Shown here piece by piece: positions 26,578 through 39,197 of a stretch of DNA of 64,000 nucleotides. The stretch is taken from positions 4,464,001-4,528,000 of the forward strand of contig CM035355.1 of NCBI GenBank assembly GCA_020137815.1. Direction: 5' to 3'. The stretch comes from Hormiphora californensis (taxonomy: Eukaryota; Animalia; Ctenophora). A model generated the notes under the pieces. That model made no database searches, was not told the DNA's origin, and was given only the letters and a program-made list of their open reading frames with translations. The stretch's first letter is position 1. Every line of letters begins with the position of its first letter. The translations under genes were made by a program, and so were the position numbers.

Positions 26578-29500
26578 TCACTCTCCAGACTCCAGACTAA
26601 GTTTCTTCGTGGCCACCAGGAAAGTGTTCTCAGCATTAACATCAGCAAGACTCCTACAGAGAGCAGAGGTGGTAGTGTATTGTTCGAGTGTTCTCTCTAG
26701 ACACTCCCGCAGGGGCTGCAGTTCCTGTGTTGTTGAGCCAATCGTATCTGAGGGTGCGAGAAGAGGTAGTTCACAGCGTACTTTACAGGGCCGGGGGGGG
26801 GGGGGGGGGGGGGGGTTGTTATGGCGACATTTGGCGACACTATGACAACCCCCAATTTAATATTGATTATCAATAGTAAACAATGTAATGAAGGTTTACC
26901 TGTTTGGTCCTCCTCGTTCCCTGTTGCCTCCCGGTAAATGCACCTCAACACATCCAGGACCTGTTTCAGGGAACTCTGCAATTCTTCCACCTCACCTTCT
27001 GACATCCTGGAGAGAAAGTAGTGTGATGCGTTATATTCTTTAACATCTAAAACTGATATATATCACCGAATGTATCAATATAATAATAATAAGTGTCAGC
27101 AACAACAAAATACTATAGCATATAGAACATTGGGATTCTGCGAGTATCTAGGGACTTAATGACGCTATAACTCTGCGACTAACTTTGCGATTTTGACAGT
27201 GTTGATATAATGTCGTGTTCCGTCCAGCATTGTGCACAGAGTACTAAACTGTTTATCAAACCGCGGTAAGATCTCTGTGAGCTCCCCACATATCGGTAAC
27301 TGAGAAATATTATATTAGACATCACCCAAACACACCCCCTCCCCCATTGGCAATAAGAGAGAGACATGGAAGTGTGTGTGTGTTTGCCATGATAAATCAG
27401 GAAATTTGATAACACAATAAATGAAGAACCTGCCCCATTTCCAAAATTCACTCTCTCTGTGGTATATTACTCGTTTCTCTCTCGCTCTTTTCCACCACAT
27501 CTCACCCAAATACTCTCACAACTAACTCCTACTTCCCTCCTCCACCCCCTCAACTCTCGCTCGCCCACCCCATTTCACTCTCAACTCACCCTTTTTACTC
27601 CCCCACTCACCAGTACGGCACACATGTCGTGCACCTCTCACTCTCTCTCTCTCTTCCCCTCTCTTCCCCTCTCTTCCCCTCTCTTTCCCTCTCTTTCCCT
27701 CTCTTTCCCCCCTGTCCCCCACTCACCAGTACGGCACACATGTTGTGCACCTCTCCCCCTCTCCCCCCCCCTCTCTCTCCCTCTCCTTCTCCCTCTCCCC
27801 ACCTCACACATATATACTCCTTCACTCTCCCCCCATTCCACTCTCAACTCACCCTCCCTTTAGCTTTCCCCCACTCACCAGTACGGCACACATGTCGTGC
27901 ACCTCACACATGTACTCCTTCACCAAACAGTCCACCTCCAGACCATGACAGTCATTCCTCAGATTCTCCAGGGCCTTCCACATCTGGTAAAGTTGTCCTG
28001 TTGCTTCCGTTCTCAACGCCTCCTGTGTTCTCTCCATCTTATCCTGAGAGAGAGGAAACATGGTTATACAGTTGGACCCCGGTTTACCGGGATGCTCGAT
28101 GGAAAGGTTTTTGCCCGGTAAATCGGGGTCCAAAGTTATAGATATTAGATAGGGGTTGGTTTAAGTGATCCCCAAGAAGAAGAGACAGTATTTTTTCCAC
28201 CAGCCTGGGTACACACTGCACACTACAAAGGGAGGGTTCGGGTGGGGGGGTTCCGGCCGGAATTTATGAGGATTTTTGAGGTCACCTCAAAAATCCTCAT
28301 TTATTATTTGCTGGACAAGCCCTCAAAAATCCTCAAAAATCCTCAAAAATTTTTCGTTCTATTTAAACATAAACACAGCAAATGCCTGATAAAAAACAAT
28401 AATAGACTATATTTTAGAGGTATAAAATGCACTGATTATCAATTCAAGTGCTCTTGCCTGTGCTCTTTGGCTTCCCACACTTGAAGCACTGCTTTCCTTT
28501 AGCAAAGTTATTAACTTCACATGCTTGAAAAGACCCCGGTGCCCAGATTTTCAAAATTTTAGATAAATACGATTTTCAGTCAAATATGCTGTCAACTTTG
28601 TCCCAAAAATCAAAGATTTTGCTGCCTAGTAAGATAAATGTCTAGAAAATTTTTAGAAATCGTTTATAAAGTTTTTAAAAGTTTAAAAAAAAGTGTCCCC
28701 ACCCGGGCCCGGTCGGGAATCGAACACGGGCCTCACGCGTCAGAGTGGAGGCAGCACACTGCACAGGCAGCACAAATTTACCCCATATTTACATTTTGAG
28801 GACTTTTGAGGATGTTTTTAGGACCATCACCAGGGTATCTGGGAAAATTGCTTAACTGTTTTACTCCTATTAAGGAATGTGTATGCCCAATAATATAATA
28901 GTAATCGTCAAAATTTTTGTAAAAACTATAAAATAATTGTTGAGGATTATTGAGGATTTTTGAGGATTTTTGAGGATTTTTGAGGGGCCTCATTAATTCG
29001 AAAAACGCTGGACAAGACCTCATCCTCATTAATTATTGGCCGGCACCCCCCCGTTCGGGTAAATATAACGTTTACCCGGAGCGGGTAGTACCCACTACCC
29101 ACTGGTGAGTGGGTACAAAATAAAAACGGGTACCCCTTCACCAGCTGTTAAACTTACCAATAAGAAGAGCATTTGAAGTTTCTGGTGCTCCAGAAGGTGT
29201 AGATCTGTCTCTGTGACACCCTCCTCCCTTGGCGATCTGCCACCACCAACCCCCACTGTCACCCTCACCTCCTCCCCCGAGTTATCACTGTAAAGAGGGA
29301 GTTTGTATTATTAGGAAAGAAAAAACGTCAGCTTTTGGGGTCGTGGCATTGCCATTAATAAACTGATAAAAGACACCTGCACCATCTGAATTGTACTTAT
29401 ATCTAACGAAAATGGTAATGATGGTTTTACTTTTTAGAGTCATTTAACTCACTTGTTAGAAGTTGTGACTGGTTTTCTGGTGATCTGAGAGGTACTATCA

Positions 29501-30642
29501 GCCATAGCCCGTAACGCTTTCCTCTCGCTAACTCCCCCTATTGACTGCTTGATAGTGGGCCGCTTTTGGGGCGTGGCCGGTTTACTTGTTGTTTTTGTTA
29601 TTGAGCTATTCTTATTGGTTCCTCGAGAGGTGTTAATCGGTTTATTGGTTGGAGTGGAGGGTTTCCGCGGCACTGCAGTTTTGTTGGTTGGTGTAGAAGG
29701 TTTTCGAGTTTTTTCCTCACAGGTAAACGTATCTTCTCTGTTCAGCTGAGAGAATGTGCTGTTCAGTTGTTAGTATGCGGGAAAACAATTACACCCTATT
29801 ATTCCAGCAGTGTAGACATTAATTTATTAGTACACAGTGAACTATCATGGTTGAATGCTGAAAAATGAGATCGGTGTTAATACCTGTTTACCCCGTGATA
29901 TGTGATTAAATATCCTGACAGGTGTGCTGGAGGAGCGAGCATGGGATGTGATCTTGGCTTCCTCGTGTGATGTGATAAACTCTTGTGATGTGGCCCCTCC
30001 TACCTCATCAATCCTCATTCGATTACTCCGATGGACGGAAGCCGGTGTTGGGGCAGAAGCAGTACGGGGTGTTTTGCCAACCGGCCTACTCGCACTGGCT
30101 GACTGCATGTACCGTGATTTGATCTCTACAGGTTTTCTCTTACTACGTTTTAAACTTTCATTCACTTTGGGATCTTTGTTTTCGTCAGATCGGTTAATTG
30201 TTTTATCAGATATCCTAAAGGAAGTAAAGGAGCGTGAAAATAACAAATTCCGCGAAGGCTGGAGCATCGTGCAGGTACATGTGATAAATGTTAACTCACT
30301 CCTAAGGTCCCTAGTGGGTTGTGTAATGGTAACTCACATTGACTCATCCCAGTTGAGAGGAGGTACCGCCATTCCATTACTTTTGTCGAAGTGAGCTGGT
30401 GTAGACAAAACGTGCACTGAAATCGAGAATTTGAGCACAAGTCATTTAATCAATAATGCTTTTACGCTCGCTGTCTTACTTGAGTTAGGTGTTTTGAAAG
30501 TCTTCACCGGCTTTGGAGGGCTGAAAAAGTTTACAAAATTATGATAGATCTTTGAATCCGATCACCCAATTGTCTACTATCTTTGAATACAATTCGTAAA
30601 TAGTTACCTCATCTCTGTAGTGAGACGGCCTTGTCTAAGCAT
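26578..30642 (-). CDS. HAUS8: HAUS augmin-like complex subunit 8 (Hice1/QWRF family) homologue, spliced
   Basis: Basic S/T/P-rich N-terminus with IKSRYMQ. Downstream exons give LLEHQKLQMLFLL-DKMERTQEALRTEATGQLYQMWKALENLR and PRFDKQFSTLCTMLDGTRH, resembling the HAUS8 coiled-coil region (LDTTRH). Exons approx. 30608-30642, 30481-30520, 30339-30417, 29884-30210, 29452-29746, 29158-29288, 27879-28043, 27184-27299, 26900-27006 and 26578-26780. One exon needs an indel correction. Confidence 0.7.
28244..29052. mobile_element. 809-bp non-autonomous DNA transposon with poly-G termini and 8-bp TSD (intron of the HAUS8-like gene)
   Basis: GGGGGGGTTCCGGCC ... GGCCGGCACCCCCCC; TSD GTTCGGGT at 28236-28243 and 29053-29060; subterminal CCTCAAAAAT repeats in both orientations. 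Confidence 0.85.
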
Positions 30643-30649
30643 TATATCT

Positions 30650-31200
30650 GCCTTGTAACCACGATGAGGACAGCTTCAGAGACCCGAGACGGAAAAGGCG
30701 AAACTAAAAAGAAAGAACGCGAAACAAAAATTTTTCGGATCAACTTTTAGAGAGAATTTGATACCGTGCATCGCTTTATGATTAATTTTGGCGCGTTACA
30801 TTTTGTTTAGTCGCCGCGCATCATGTCAGCGTTTTTTACCGTTCGCGTTCTTGTTTTTTGCAAACTCGTCTTTTGCTCTTTTTGACGTTTGTGAGCTTGC
30901 TTTCTCCCTGTCCGGGCTTAGGGGCGACCCAAGGACGTTTGAACCGGTGCCCATAAACTGAATTCGTGTTTTTGAGTTTCCAATAACCCCAAAATTGCGA
31001 TTGATTAGCTTTTTTTGGGACCGGCCAGAGTCACGTTATTCGGAGTTGTGTTCTGTGGACCAATTGCCGCATGGTAACCTATGTTCAATCAAAACTTGTT
31101 ACTCTACTCGAGAGTGCTTTCAGGCTTGCTCTAACTGAAAATGATGAACGTGTTTGCGTTTAAAAACACACTGCAGCAGCAGGTGATTCGTCGTAAGAGC
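30650..31200. promoter_or_regulatory. Probable bidirectional promoter region between the minus-strand cluster and the MARCH gene
   Basis: Position between divergent genes; locally CpG-richer, with T-rich tracts on each outgoing strand. No specific element identified. Confidence 0.4.
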
Positions 31201-32288
31201 GGGTAGGGTCGTTACTCGTTTAAATTGTTAATCTATATTGACTCTGTTTTAAACATCGTTGTTGATATTGTTTTTGTCCAAATTTTACCCAAACCCACTT
31301 CGTAGTAATCTAAATTTGCTCTCTCTCAAAACTTAATCTGAGCAGTTAAATCCTTTCCAATTGAGCCGAGATCATGTTCTTCCTCCCAGTAGGTAGATCT
31401 CACCGTGTGTTCCCTCAGTCATCCTTCTCTGTATTATAATACTGTGTAGTGTTGTCCAGTTATTCCATTTGTCATTGAGAAATGCTTGCAACTCTTTCCC
31501 AGTAGCCAATCTCCCACTTCTCGCAAGTTGTGTGTCTCTCTCTTTCTCTCTCTCCCCTCTCTCTTTCTCTATCTAAATATTTAATATGCTTTGACGTCAG
31601 ACGCCTTCCCGAGAATCAAATATCTTGATTTGGTCGATCTACTTTTGTATAATTATTTTTGATGGCTGATCTATTATGATTTTTAAAAGATCACATAATT
31701 TATCACCGGTATATAATGAACTCCTAACCGCACACCACTTTGTATTTACCTTGCTCCAGACCCTGTTTAACAGTGTTTCCCCGCACCCCTTTGCAAATGT
31801 AAGGGAGGGTTAGAACATAACAATCTTGAATGATTGTTTTAATGGTTGATCTATTATAATTTTAACTATATGTTATTATAACTTTTAAACAGATCTCATG
31901 TTTATCACCGGTGTATAATAACTCTTTGAAACCTAATAGACATGACATGTGCTCTGTAACGGCCCATTTAACGATACTGTCATCTAGAAGCTATATTGAG
32001 AGAGTGTACATGGCCGTGTTTGCGTTTGTAACTTTCCGTATTTATCCCATGCCTGCTGTGCAAATAGAAAATTGTGTATATCCAGTAATTATAACATGTC
32101 ATGGTGCCATTGCTTACTGTAACTACAACAATACAATTCGGTAACTAATCCTGGTTCATGTATTTATTTGACTTCTTTGATCATCATGATCTGGATTAGT
32201 TCCTCTGTTCCTAGTTTTATAACACAATTGTTAGCCTCTTTCTAACACACTCCTCTATTTTTAACACAATCTTACACTGCACTCCCAT

Positions 32289-33116
32289 GTGATTTTAACC
32301 CCACTCTAACACCCTCTAGTAACACCCTCCCTGTTTCTAGCTATGTGTCACACCATGGTTCGGTGATTTTAACCCCACTCTAACACCTTCCAGTAACACC
32401 CTCCCTGTTTCTAGCTATGTGTCACACCATGGTTCGGTGATTTTAACCCCACTCTAACACCCTCTAGTAACACCCTCCCTGTTTCTAGCTATGTGTCACA
32501 CCATGGTTCGGTGATTTTAACCCCACTCTAACACCCTCTAGTAACACCCTCCCTGTTTCTAGCTATGTGTCACACCATGGTTCGGTGATTTTAACCCCAC
32601 TCTAACACCCTCTAGTAACACCCTCCCTGTTTCTAGCTATGTGTCACACCATGGTTCGGTGATTTTAACCCCACTCTAACACCCTCTAGTAACACCCTCC
32701 CTGTTTCTAGCTATGTGTCACACCATGGTTCGGTGATTTTAACCCCACTCTAACACCCTCTAGTAACACCCTCCCTGTTTCTAGCTATGTGTCACACCAT
32801 GGTTCGGTGATTTTAACCCCACTCTAACACCCTCTAGTAACACCCTCCCTGTTTCTAGCTATGTGTCACACCATGGTTCGGTGATTTTAACCCCACTCTA
32901 ACACCCTCTAGTAACACCCTCCCTGTTTCTAGCTATGTGTCACACCATGGTTCGGTGATTTTAACCCCACTCTAACACCTTCCAGTAACACCCTCCCTGT
33001 TTCTAGCTATGTGTCACACCATGGTTCGGTGATTTTAACCCCACTCTAACACCCTCTAGTAACACCCTCCCTGTTTCTAGCTATGTGTCACACCATGGTT
33101 CGGTGATTTTAACCCC
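32289..33116. repeat. 74-bp tandem repeat (~11 copies) spanning the splice acceptor upstream of the MARCH ORF
   Basis: TTTCTAG ends recur at 32340, 32414 ... 33080 (period 74); units nearly identical. Confidence 0.95.
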
Positions 33117-33127
33117 ATCTTGGATTA

Positions 33128-33844
33128 ATGGGGTCTTCCCCTAAGATGCCTCATAAACACGTTATTGTGAACCCAGTTGCAGACATGCAACCACAACCAA
33201 CATCTTTTACCTCTGTCGACATTGAGGCAGGATCAAACTCCGATATCAAGGACACTTCTTCAATTAAATCTGAGAAAATATGCCGTATTTGTCATTGCGG
33301 GGTGGAAGACGAAAAGTTTATATCCCCCTGTAAATGCACCGGCTCCCTCGGCTACATCCACCAATCGTGCCTCCAGTCCTGGTTGAATATAACGGGGAAG
33401 GCTAACAAGAAACAGTGCGAGTTGTGTCAGTTTGATTTCCAGTTGCAGACCTCCCTAAAACCCCTTCACAAGTGGAAGATGCTCAAACTAACGGCATACG
33501 AGAGAAAGAAAGTTATCTGCTCATTTGCATTTCATCTCCTCGCGGTCCTATGCGTGATATGGAGCATTTGGGTGCTGATGGACAGGTTAATATCAGAGGC
33601 AAATGATAACGAAATCAGTTGGGCGTTTTGGACGAAAATTGGAGTTGTTATCATCGGTTTCATCGGGGGAATTTCCTTTATGTATAGCCAATGTAAGATG
33701 TATGTAACGTATTTTAACCGATGGAAGGCCAGTAACCAAATCATAGTTGTGTTAGATGCGGGACAATGTAGAGCTGACACTCCTCCTGGATCTGCGATAC
33801 CAGCCAACACCTCAACAGCATCCCCCATTGCTGATGTAGGGTAG
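33128..33844 (+). CDS. MARCHF8: MARCH1/8-family RING-CH E3 ubiquitin ligase, single coding exon
   Basis: RING-CH CRICH..SPCKCTGSL..IHQSCL..W..CELC; two TM segments; ERKKVICS..FH and FWTKIGVV.IGF.GG..FMY.QCK motifs match MARCH1/8. Confidence 0.88.
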   Translation: MGSSPKMPHKHVIVNPVADMQPQPTSFTSVDIEAGSNSDIKDTSSIKSEKICRICHCGVEDEKFISPCKCTGSLGYIHQSCLQSWLNITGKANKKQCELCQFDFQLQTSLKPLHKWKMLKLTAYERKKVICSFAFHLLAVLCVIWSIWVLMDRLISEANDNEISWAFWTKIGVVIIGFIGGISFMYSQCKMYVTYFNRWKASNQIIVVLDAGQCRADTPPGSAIPANTSTASPIADVG

Positions 33845-33869
33845 AACTGGGGTGTGTGTGAGAGAGAGA

Positions 33870-34049
<180 letters not shown>

Positions 34050-35239
34050 AGGGAGAGAGAGAGATAGAGGGAGAGAGCGAGGCAAAGAGAAGGAGAAATA
34101 GAGAGAGAGAGAGAGGGAGAGAGAGAAAGAGAGAAAGAGAGAGAGAGAGAGATAGAGAGAGAAAGAAAGGGAGAGTCTGTGACAATTTGAGCTGTTTTGT
34201 TTCTTTTGTGTTTGAGCTTGGGTTCTGTTGGCAGTATGTATGTGTGTTTGTCACGTGTGCGAATCTCATTCATATCATGAGTGATATACCCCATCTCTGT
34301 CTCTCTCAGATCTCTGAGAGATCTACAATAATCATGTACCATAGGTCGCCCCTAGCCCCTGTACCATTGGTCCCCAGGCCCCACTGGCCCCTGTCTGTAA
34401 TCATGTACCATGGGTTGCCCCTGTCTATAAGTATAATCGTGGTGTACCATGGGTTATTGGGTCGCCCCTGGCCCCTTTCTGCAATTGTGTACCATGGGTT
34501 ATTTAAAAGAGTCCCCCCTGTATTCCCCAGCTGTATCCCCCATATTGTGTCAGTCCAGCACGATACATACAGACAGTACCAGGGGACAGACAGCGCCGTT
34601 CACCCTCTGTATTGTGTGCAAACATGAAGCAAAAGAAGAGATTTTGGGGGTTTATGTAAAAAAGGTTTGTGTGTAAAAAGGAGAATGTTACTAAGTGTGG
34701 GTTGATCATTTAAAATGACAAAGTGTGGGAGCAAAAGAATGTGAGTGAGAGATTTGTTTTTAAAATGTTTGTGTGTGAGCTTGTTTGAGAATAATACCTT
34801 ATATTTTCAGCTTATTTTCAGATAAAAAACGATTAAAATAAAGTTCTATATATTATGCAGTACATACATTGTGTAAATATCACCATGCACAGTTCGCAAG
34901 ACTGTACTTTTCTTCTTTTTCTTACTGTTCAGATAAGAATTATGTTTTTTGTTTTATAAATAGAACATGCAACTATGAGGGGGGGGGGAGCTTCTGGGTT
35001 TTCATCTGGACCAGTTTCAGGGATTTGGTTACCTACACTCACTTTTCTGCTTTATATTTTGAAAATTACTCCGAGAATAACAACAGAATACCCGCAACAA
35101 GCACGAGTTATCTCTCTACATTGAATCATCATAATGCTGCATATTAGAGCACATAATCATCCTACACACACACACACGCTTACACGGCATCTGTGGCTGG
35201 ATGTGGTGGTCAGGAGGAGAGGTTATTTTGGTATCCTTT

Positions 35240-35301
<62 letters not shown>

Positions 35302-35357
35302 ACTTTTGTTTTCTTCCCCAGCTTTCACCGACTGCACCTGTTATCGATTATACATAT

Positions 35358-36483
35358 GGTCATTTTTTTTTTAACTTGTGCAAAATTTTTTCCGAAAATG
35401 ACATAAGTTCAGTTTTTTCGACTTTTATCATAGTTTTTGTCAAAAAATATTATTTTCCAACGAATATTATGTGTAAAAGTGTATAGGAAATAGATTTACA
35501 GGCAAAATAAATTAAAAACTCACCTCGTGAGGTGCCGGTGACCATGTTTGCAAAAGCGTGTGCCATTCCGTCAAATTTTAATATTTTTTCCTAAAATTTT
35601 CGAAAATATGCTGAAAAATGTCCATAATAAACACCATTAAAATATGTAAGCAAACTTACTCAATCTATGAGGTGCAACCGGTGTTTAAAGTTACACTGTA
35701 TACTTACAGCTACTTTTAAGCCCGTAGCACCTCACGTTTCACGACTTTTCCTAGCTAGATACTTGCAGTAGACTCAAAACCATCATTTGTACCAAAAAAG
35801 TTCCAAAAATTTTGCTCAATGAGTGAGGTGCACCCAAAAAACTGTATTTTCTTCAAACGCTAATTGCACCTCACTCAGTGAGTATATAGTTCTGAAAGTG
35901 GCCTTAATTTGCTCATATGACATCCCCAAACACTACCTAATCGATTCCAAGGTCATTGCTCAACCTGTGAGGTGCACTGGAGAAGTAGGTAAAATATGTC
36001 ATTTTTTGAGGGTCTGCACCTCACTCGCTGAGTAATTTTTAGAGCAAATTTTCGGTAAATCAGGAGGGAAATTGTCTAATCTTGCTTTATGCCAAGTTTC
36101 AATTCTTTATTTACTCATTTGACCCCTAGTGAGTAAACTTTTAGCTCTAAAATCGGCTTGCACCTCACCAAATGAGTAAATTTTTCCATGGTTTTCACCT
36201 CATCTGATGAGTGAGAAATATCCCCACCATTTCTGAAAGTTTGGAGATTTTTGATCAAACGGTATTTCTACAAATCGGGGGCACCTCACGATAGCACCTC
36301 ACGGCGTAGAAATGCTATAGCACCTCACTGGAGTAAGCTAGAGACTTCGTTCTTTCACTAAATTGAACTTTTAATATTTCTCGATTTTTTGAGGTGCTGA
36401 GTAAATTTCCAGTGGCTACAGCTATTTTGCTATGATCATTTGAAAAAATTTGGTAGTTGCACAAGTTAAAAAAAAAAATGACC
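35358..36483. mobile_element. 1.1-kb non-autonomous TIR element with many internal GCACCTCAC motifs
   Basis: ATAT|GGTCA(T)nAACTTGTGCAA ... TTGCACAAGTT(A)nTGACC|ATAT; about 12 dispersed GCACCTCAC/GTGAGGTGC motifs. Confidence 0.8.
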
Positions 36484-36993
36484 ATATATTTTACGAGAAT
36501 GTGGTATTTTGTAGCACACACACGAATAAAACAAAGAAGAGTGAAAAGAATGAGAAAAAAGATAGAGAGAGGAGAAAAAGATAGAGAGAGGAGAAAAGAT
36601 AGAGAGAGGAGAAAAAGATAAATAGTTTATTTGGAATAATGACACTGGGGTCAAAATATGATTTGGGTGGAAGGAGAAAGAGAGAGCGAGAAAGAAAGAG
36701 AGAGAGCTTGATCAAAATATGATTTAGGTGGATCTGTCTTACACCCACAATATGATATATAGCTCTGAGTAATTCAATTTCTTTCTTCTTCAATTATCTA
36801 AATCCAATGTTTTGAATAATATCACTATTTCCCCCTTTATTCATCTTTTCACCAACAGATCCTTAGTACGACTGGTACCTTTTATTTCTAAATTTCTCTA
36901 GTCGTTCTCTGTTATACTGCTCCATACCTCCTCTCTATTGTATGAGTTGCTAATGAGTGGTATATAATGTGCTGCTGCCTACTTACATGCACA

Positions 36994-37088
<95 letters not shown>

Positions 37089-37092
37089 CCTC

Positions 37093-37166
<74 letters not shown>

Positions 37167-37400
37167 TCTTTATGAATGTATGCCAAGACAGGCAGGTAGA
37201 CCGTAGAGATTTAGGAAAACAGGATAGTAATAGACACAGAGATATATACACACTGGAAACTGGCTATATTTAAACATTTTCCATCGCTTCCTTTTATATG
37301 GAAGCAACTCAAAGCTGCAAATTTTAACACAACTGTTATAGCCCATTCTATTCTTCTGGTATTTTAACTCATGAAGTAGGCGACGAGTCTCTGGGTCTGG

Positions 37401-38861
37401 CACGGCGTGCCCGAGGGTAGTTTAACATTTGTTTGAGTGCACACCTCCAATTCCGGTTGTAACTGGTCGGGAAGACCTCCCTGAAGGTCGTGGCGGTGCG
37501 GGAAAAATAGGGTAGACCTGCTGCGGCTTCAGAAAATTGAGAAAAAGATAGCTATCTTTTTTTTCACTTTGAAAATAAGACGTTTTTTATTAAAAGATCC
37601 TTGATCAGTGAGATACGGTTGTCCCCCACCTATTTTTTGACGTAGAATCGAATGCCGTTGAAATCAAACCTCTAAAATGTTGGCAAAATGGAGAAAATCA
37701 CGTTTTTAGGTGTTTTTCGGTGAAAAAAGCGTTCAAACTGGTAGTAGATAATGGGATAGAGTCCCAAAAATATCATAAATCGATTTTTTGGGTCTTTTTC
37801 GCCCTAGGAACAGAGTTTCATGAAAATCTGGTACAACGCCTATTCTCCGTTTGCTTTCAAAGAAGGTGAATATTGCTCTAATTTAGCCAAATTTGAAGAA
37901 AAGGCGTCAAAAATGATACCAGTTGACAGGATAGAGTCCCAAAAACGTGAAAATCATCAATTTTAGGCATTTTATACCCTAGAAACAAATGGACATGGTG
38001 GTCGAATGATATTTTTTATCTCGGTAGGCCTCTGAAGTATGTGGAAATAGCCACAATGTAGAGATTGTGGTAAATTAATGTGAATAAACGTTTACCAAAC
38101 CCACTTTAGTGGGCTTCTGGATTATGCAAGAGCCACTCTTCAACTTAGCAGGTGCTAAAGTGGGTTTGGTAAACGTTTATTCACATTAATTTACCACAAT
38201 CTCTACATTGTGGCTATTTCCACATACTTCAGAGGCCTACCGAGATAAAAAATATCATTCGACCACCATGTCCATTTGTTTCTAGGGTATAAAATGCCTA
38301 AAATTGATGATTTTCACGTTTTTGGGACTCTATCCTGTCGACTGGTATCATTTTGGACGCCTTTTCTTCAAAATTGGCTAAATTAGAGCAATATTCACCT
38401 TCTTTGAAAGCAAACGGAGAATAGGCGTTGTACCATATTTTCATGAAACTCTGTTCCTAGGGCGAAAAAGACCCAAAAAATCGATTTATGATATTTTTGG
38501 GACTATCCCATTATCTACTACCAGTTTGAACGCTTTTTTCACCAAAAAACACCTAAAAACGCGATTTTCTCCATTTTGCCAACATTTTAGAGATTTGACT
38601 TCAACGGCATTCGATTCTACGTCAAAAAATAGGTGGGGGACAACCGTATCTCACTGATCAAGGATCTTTTAATAAAAAACGTCTTATTTTCAAAGTGAAA
38701 AAAAAGATAGCTATCTTTTTCTCAATTTTCTGAAGCCGCAGCAGGTCTACCCTATTTTTCCCGCACCGCCACGACCTTCAGGGAGGTCTTCCCGACCAGT
38801 TACAACCGGAATTGGAGGTGTGCACTCAAACAAATGTTAAACTACCCTCGGGCACGCCGTG
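37401..38861. mobile_element. 1.46-kb palindromic non-autonomous Chapaev-type transposon
   Basis: CACGGCGTGCCC ... GGGCACGCCGTG termini; ~708-bp arms with few mismatches; ~45-bp spacer (38110-38154); 4-bp TSD CTGG. CAC..GTG ends with a 4-bp TSD is the Chapaev signature. Confidence 0.85.
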
Positions 38862-39197
38862 CTGGGGGGGGGGGGGGTAGAAGTTATGAGAACAGGTCTG
38901 AGGGGGATGAGAACAGGGTCTGGGGGGGGGGGGGGGGGGGTATTAATATCCTTATTAACACATCCTCATCACATCCTTATACTAACACATCCTCTCAAGA
39001 CCTGTTTGATGAGTACTGCAGATGAGAGCTGCAATATATCTCTGGCTGGATCGCTCAGCCGGTCTTGATATGATTACTTCTTCAAAACATAGTACTTTAC
39101 ATAGGTGTTAGCGCAGATAAAGTGGAAAACCATGATCATTTCTCTATCCATATAATATCGATCATAACTTCATTTTCTGGTTTCTAATCATGTACAT

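Noticed and set aside
28700-28775. A functional tRNA gene
   Set aside because: Only a T-loop/B-box-like part is present; no A-box or D-arm and no closed acceptor stem.
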